Virus record (IMG/VR): IMGVR_UViG_3300029305_011681
Origin: a virus
DNA length: 37,221 bases
Direction: 5' to 3' (one strand)
A program made the position numbers and the translations under genes. Below, piece after piece: positions 35,574 to 37,221 of the stretch. Within the stretch, counting starts at the first letter, position 1. Each line of letters opens with the position of its first letter. The notes beneath the pieces are model-generated. The model did no database searches. It worked only from the letters and a program-made list of their open reading frames with translations, and was not told where the DNA came from.

Positions 35574-36020
35574 ATGAGTGATTTAGGTAATAAAGAAGTA
35601 TTTAGTCAAAATCTAAACTTTTATATGAAACTCCATAAAAAAGATAGAAATAAGGTAGCTAAAGATTTAGGGCTTAATTATTCCACAGTAAGGGACTGGA
35701 CTAATGGACGTGCATATCCAAGAATAGATAAGATAGAACTATTAGCTAATTATTTTGATATTCCAAAATCTAAGTTAATAGAACGAGATACTCTTTTAGT
35801 TGAGGGAGAGAGTGAGAGAACATTTTTTAATTATATTATGAGCTTTTCAAAAAATAAAATTGAAGAAGAGTTGCTAATAAAATGTACTATGTTAGATCAC
35901 GACTATCAATTAAAACTTTTGGATCTTGTCGATATGTTTCTAAAAGACCAAGGAGATTTTAGCAAACTAGAAAAAAACGGAAAATGGATAGTTATAGAAG
36001 ATAACGATAAGAAACAATAA
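35574..36020 (+). CDS. phage repressor (CI-like, HTH only)
   Basis: HTH NKVAKDLGLNYSTVRDWTNGRAYPRIDKIELLANYF; divergent from Cro-like gene; no recognisable S24 peptidase. Confidence 0.8.
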   Translation: MSDLGNKEVFSQNLNFYMKLHKKDRNKVAKDLGLNYSTVRDWTNGRAYPRIDKIELLANYFDIPKSKLIERDTLLVEGESERTFFNYIMSFSKNKIEEELLIKCTMLDHDYQLKLLDLVDMFLKDQGDFSKLEKNGKWIVIEDNDKKQ

Positions 36021-36062
36021 AAAAAAGAGCCGGTGCGGGAACACCAGCTCAACGCTATAAGC

Positions 36063-36108
36063 GTACACAAAATTAAAAAGTCAAGCGAGACAATTCTTTT
36101 TTGTGTAC
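36063..36108. repeat. 10-bp inverted repeat upstream of integrase
   Basis: GTACACAAAA (36063-36072) / TTTTGTGTAC (36099-36108). Confidence 0.75.
36076..36090 (+). repeat. 15-bp repeat shared with the Xis-like gene leader
   Basis: AAAAGTCAAGCGAGA. Confidence 0.7.
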
Positions 36109-36159
36109 TCTAATTATAGCAAAAATCAAGAATAATAGCAATAATTGGAGGTATAAAAA

Positions 36160-37221
36160 ATGAAATTACCAAACGGATACGGTAGTATTTATAAGAAAAA
36201 GGGAAATAGGCGTAAACCTTATGCTGTTGTCGTTACAACTGGGTGGACGGCTGAGGGAAAACAAATAAGAAAAGTATTAGATTATGTTGTTAGTCCAAAA
36301 GCTGGTCTAAAGGTATTAGCTGATTATCACGGTAACCCTTATGATTTAGATTTTAAAAACATCACATTTGATATTATATGGAGAGATGTAGAAAAAGAAT
36401 TAGAGGAACTTGTTAAAAACGGTAAGATGTCTCAAAGTAATTTAGACGGTTTAGGTTTTGCTTTTAAAAACCACTGTCAAAGATTACATAAGGAAAAAAT
36501 ATTTGAGTTAACTTATAAAAAAATGCAAGCTGTAATTGACGGGGCTGTTAATACAAATAACGGAGAGCCACTAGGAGTTAGTGGTAAAGGTTATATTAAA
36601 TCAGTTTGTGTTAAAGTGTTTAACCACGCTATATATCAATATGAATTACCATTAAAAAATAACCCCGCAATTAACTTAAAATGTGGAGTTAAAGGAAAAT
36701 CGGATAAACACGTACCATTTACTGACGAAGAAATATCAATTTTATGGGGTTTACAACATCTTGATTTAGTGAAAATATTATTGATATATTTATACAGTGG
36801 TTTAAGACCTAATGAAATATTTATCACACATAAAGATAATATACATTTAGACGAGGAATATTTTATTACTGGATCTAAAACTGAAGCTGGTAAAGATAGA
36901 GTTATTCCAATACATCCTAAAATAAAACATTTGATAAAGTATTTTAACGATATTGATAATGAATATCCTTTTGCCACTATATTTGAGGACTTTAATTATG
37001 GTAAGTTCAAAAGAAGAACAGCTAAACTATTCGAGGATATAAACTTTAATCATACACCATACGACGGTAGACATACGTTTATTACTAAAATGAAAAAAGC
37101 CGGTGCTAATGATTTCATACTAAAAAGAATAGTCGGTCATAGTATAGACGACGTTACTGAAAAAGTATATACACATAGGGAAATTAGCGAATATTTAGCT
37201 GAAATAAAGAAAATAAATTAA
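36160..37221 (+). CDS. int: tyrosine site-specific integrase
   Basis: YLYSGLRPNEIF; TPYDGRHTFITKMKKAGANDFILKRIVGHSIDDVTEKVYTH (R-HxxR-H/Y motifs); stop at 37219-37221. Confidence 0.95.
   Translation: MKLPNGYGSIYKKKGNRRKPYAVVVTTGWTAEGKQIRKVLDYVVSPKAGLKVLADYHGNPYDLDFKNITFDIIWRDVEKELEELVKNGKMSQSNLDGLGFAFKNHCQRLHKEKIFELTYKKMQAVIDGAVNTNNGEPLGVSGKGYIKSVCVKVFNHAIYQYELPLKNNPAINLKCGVKGKSDKHVPFTDEEISILWGLQHLDLVKILLIYLYSGLRPNEIFITHKDNIHLDEEYFITGSKTEAGKDRVIPIHPKIKHLIKYFNDIDNEYPFATIFEDFNYGKFKRRTAKLFEDINFNHTPYDGRHTFITKMKKAGANDFILKRIVGHSIDDVTEKVYTHREISEYLAEIKKIN

Noticed and set aside
1-37221. Transposons/IS elements
   Set aside because: No transposase-like ORF and no terminal inverted repeats with target duplications were noticed.

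Overview
The window is a nearly complete temperate siphophage/prophage (about 2.8-37.2 kb) from a low-GC Firmicute-like host. A short, probably host-derived flank lies at the left (1-2639: a 792-aa coiled-coil/TM protein and an 85-aa protein). Most phage genes are on the minus strand and read from right to left. The order is divergent repressor(+)/Cro-like(-) control region, Xis-like gene, replication/recombination module (VRR-NUC, SNF2-type helicase, YqaJ exonuclease, AAA ATPase, DUF669-like, family-B-like DNA polymerase, Prim-Pol/D5 helicase), putative late regulator, small and large terminase, portal, SPP1-gp7/MuF-like head protein with a C-terminal HExxH domain, a tRNA-Ile(UAU), scaffold, capsid, connectors, major tail protein, tail assembly chaperones, tape measure, tail proteins, receptor-binding/tail-tip cassettes, holin and endolysin. 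A plus-strand tyrosine integrase ends exactly at the window edge. The most interesting non-ORF signals, read directly from the sequence, are: (1) a 25-copy GTAT microsatellite inside a well-initiated small ORF upstream of tail-fibre-like genes; (2) an iteron-like array of about 11 AAGTGTTACA copies flanking a T/A-rich tract next to the primase/helicase gene, a likely origin; (3) a 17-bp palindromic operator, TGACGATT-N-AATCGTCA, that fills the spacer of the early promoter and recurs downstream of cro and 17 kb away beside the phage tRNA; (4) a T_TTT_TTA -1 frameshift site with a fully open -1 frame joining the two tail-assembly-chaperone ORFs; (5) a noncoding island between two terminators upstream of the tRNA; (6) tandem 11-bp-spaced repeats plus a terminator in front of the late operon; (7) three small minus-strand genes missing from the supplied ORF track. 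I did not find a clearly novel multi-gene system. Family names come from recognising motifs by eye, not from any database search.
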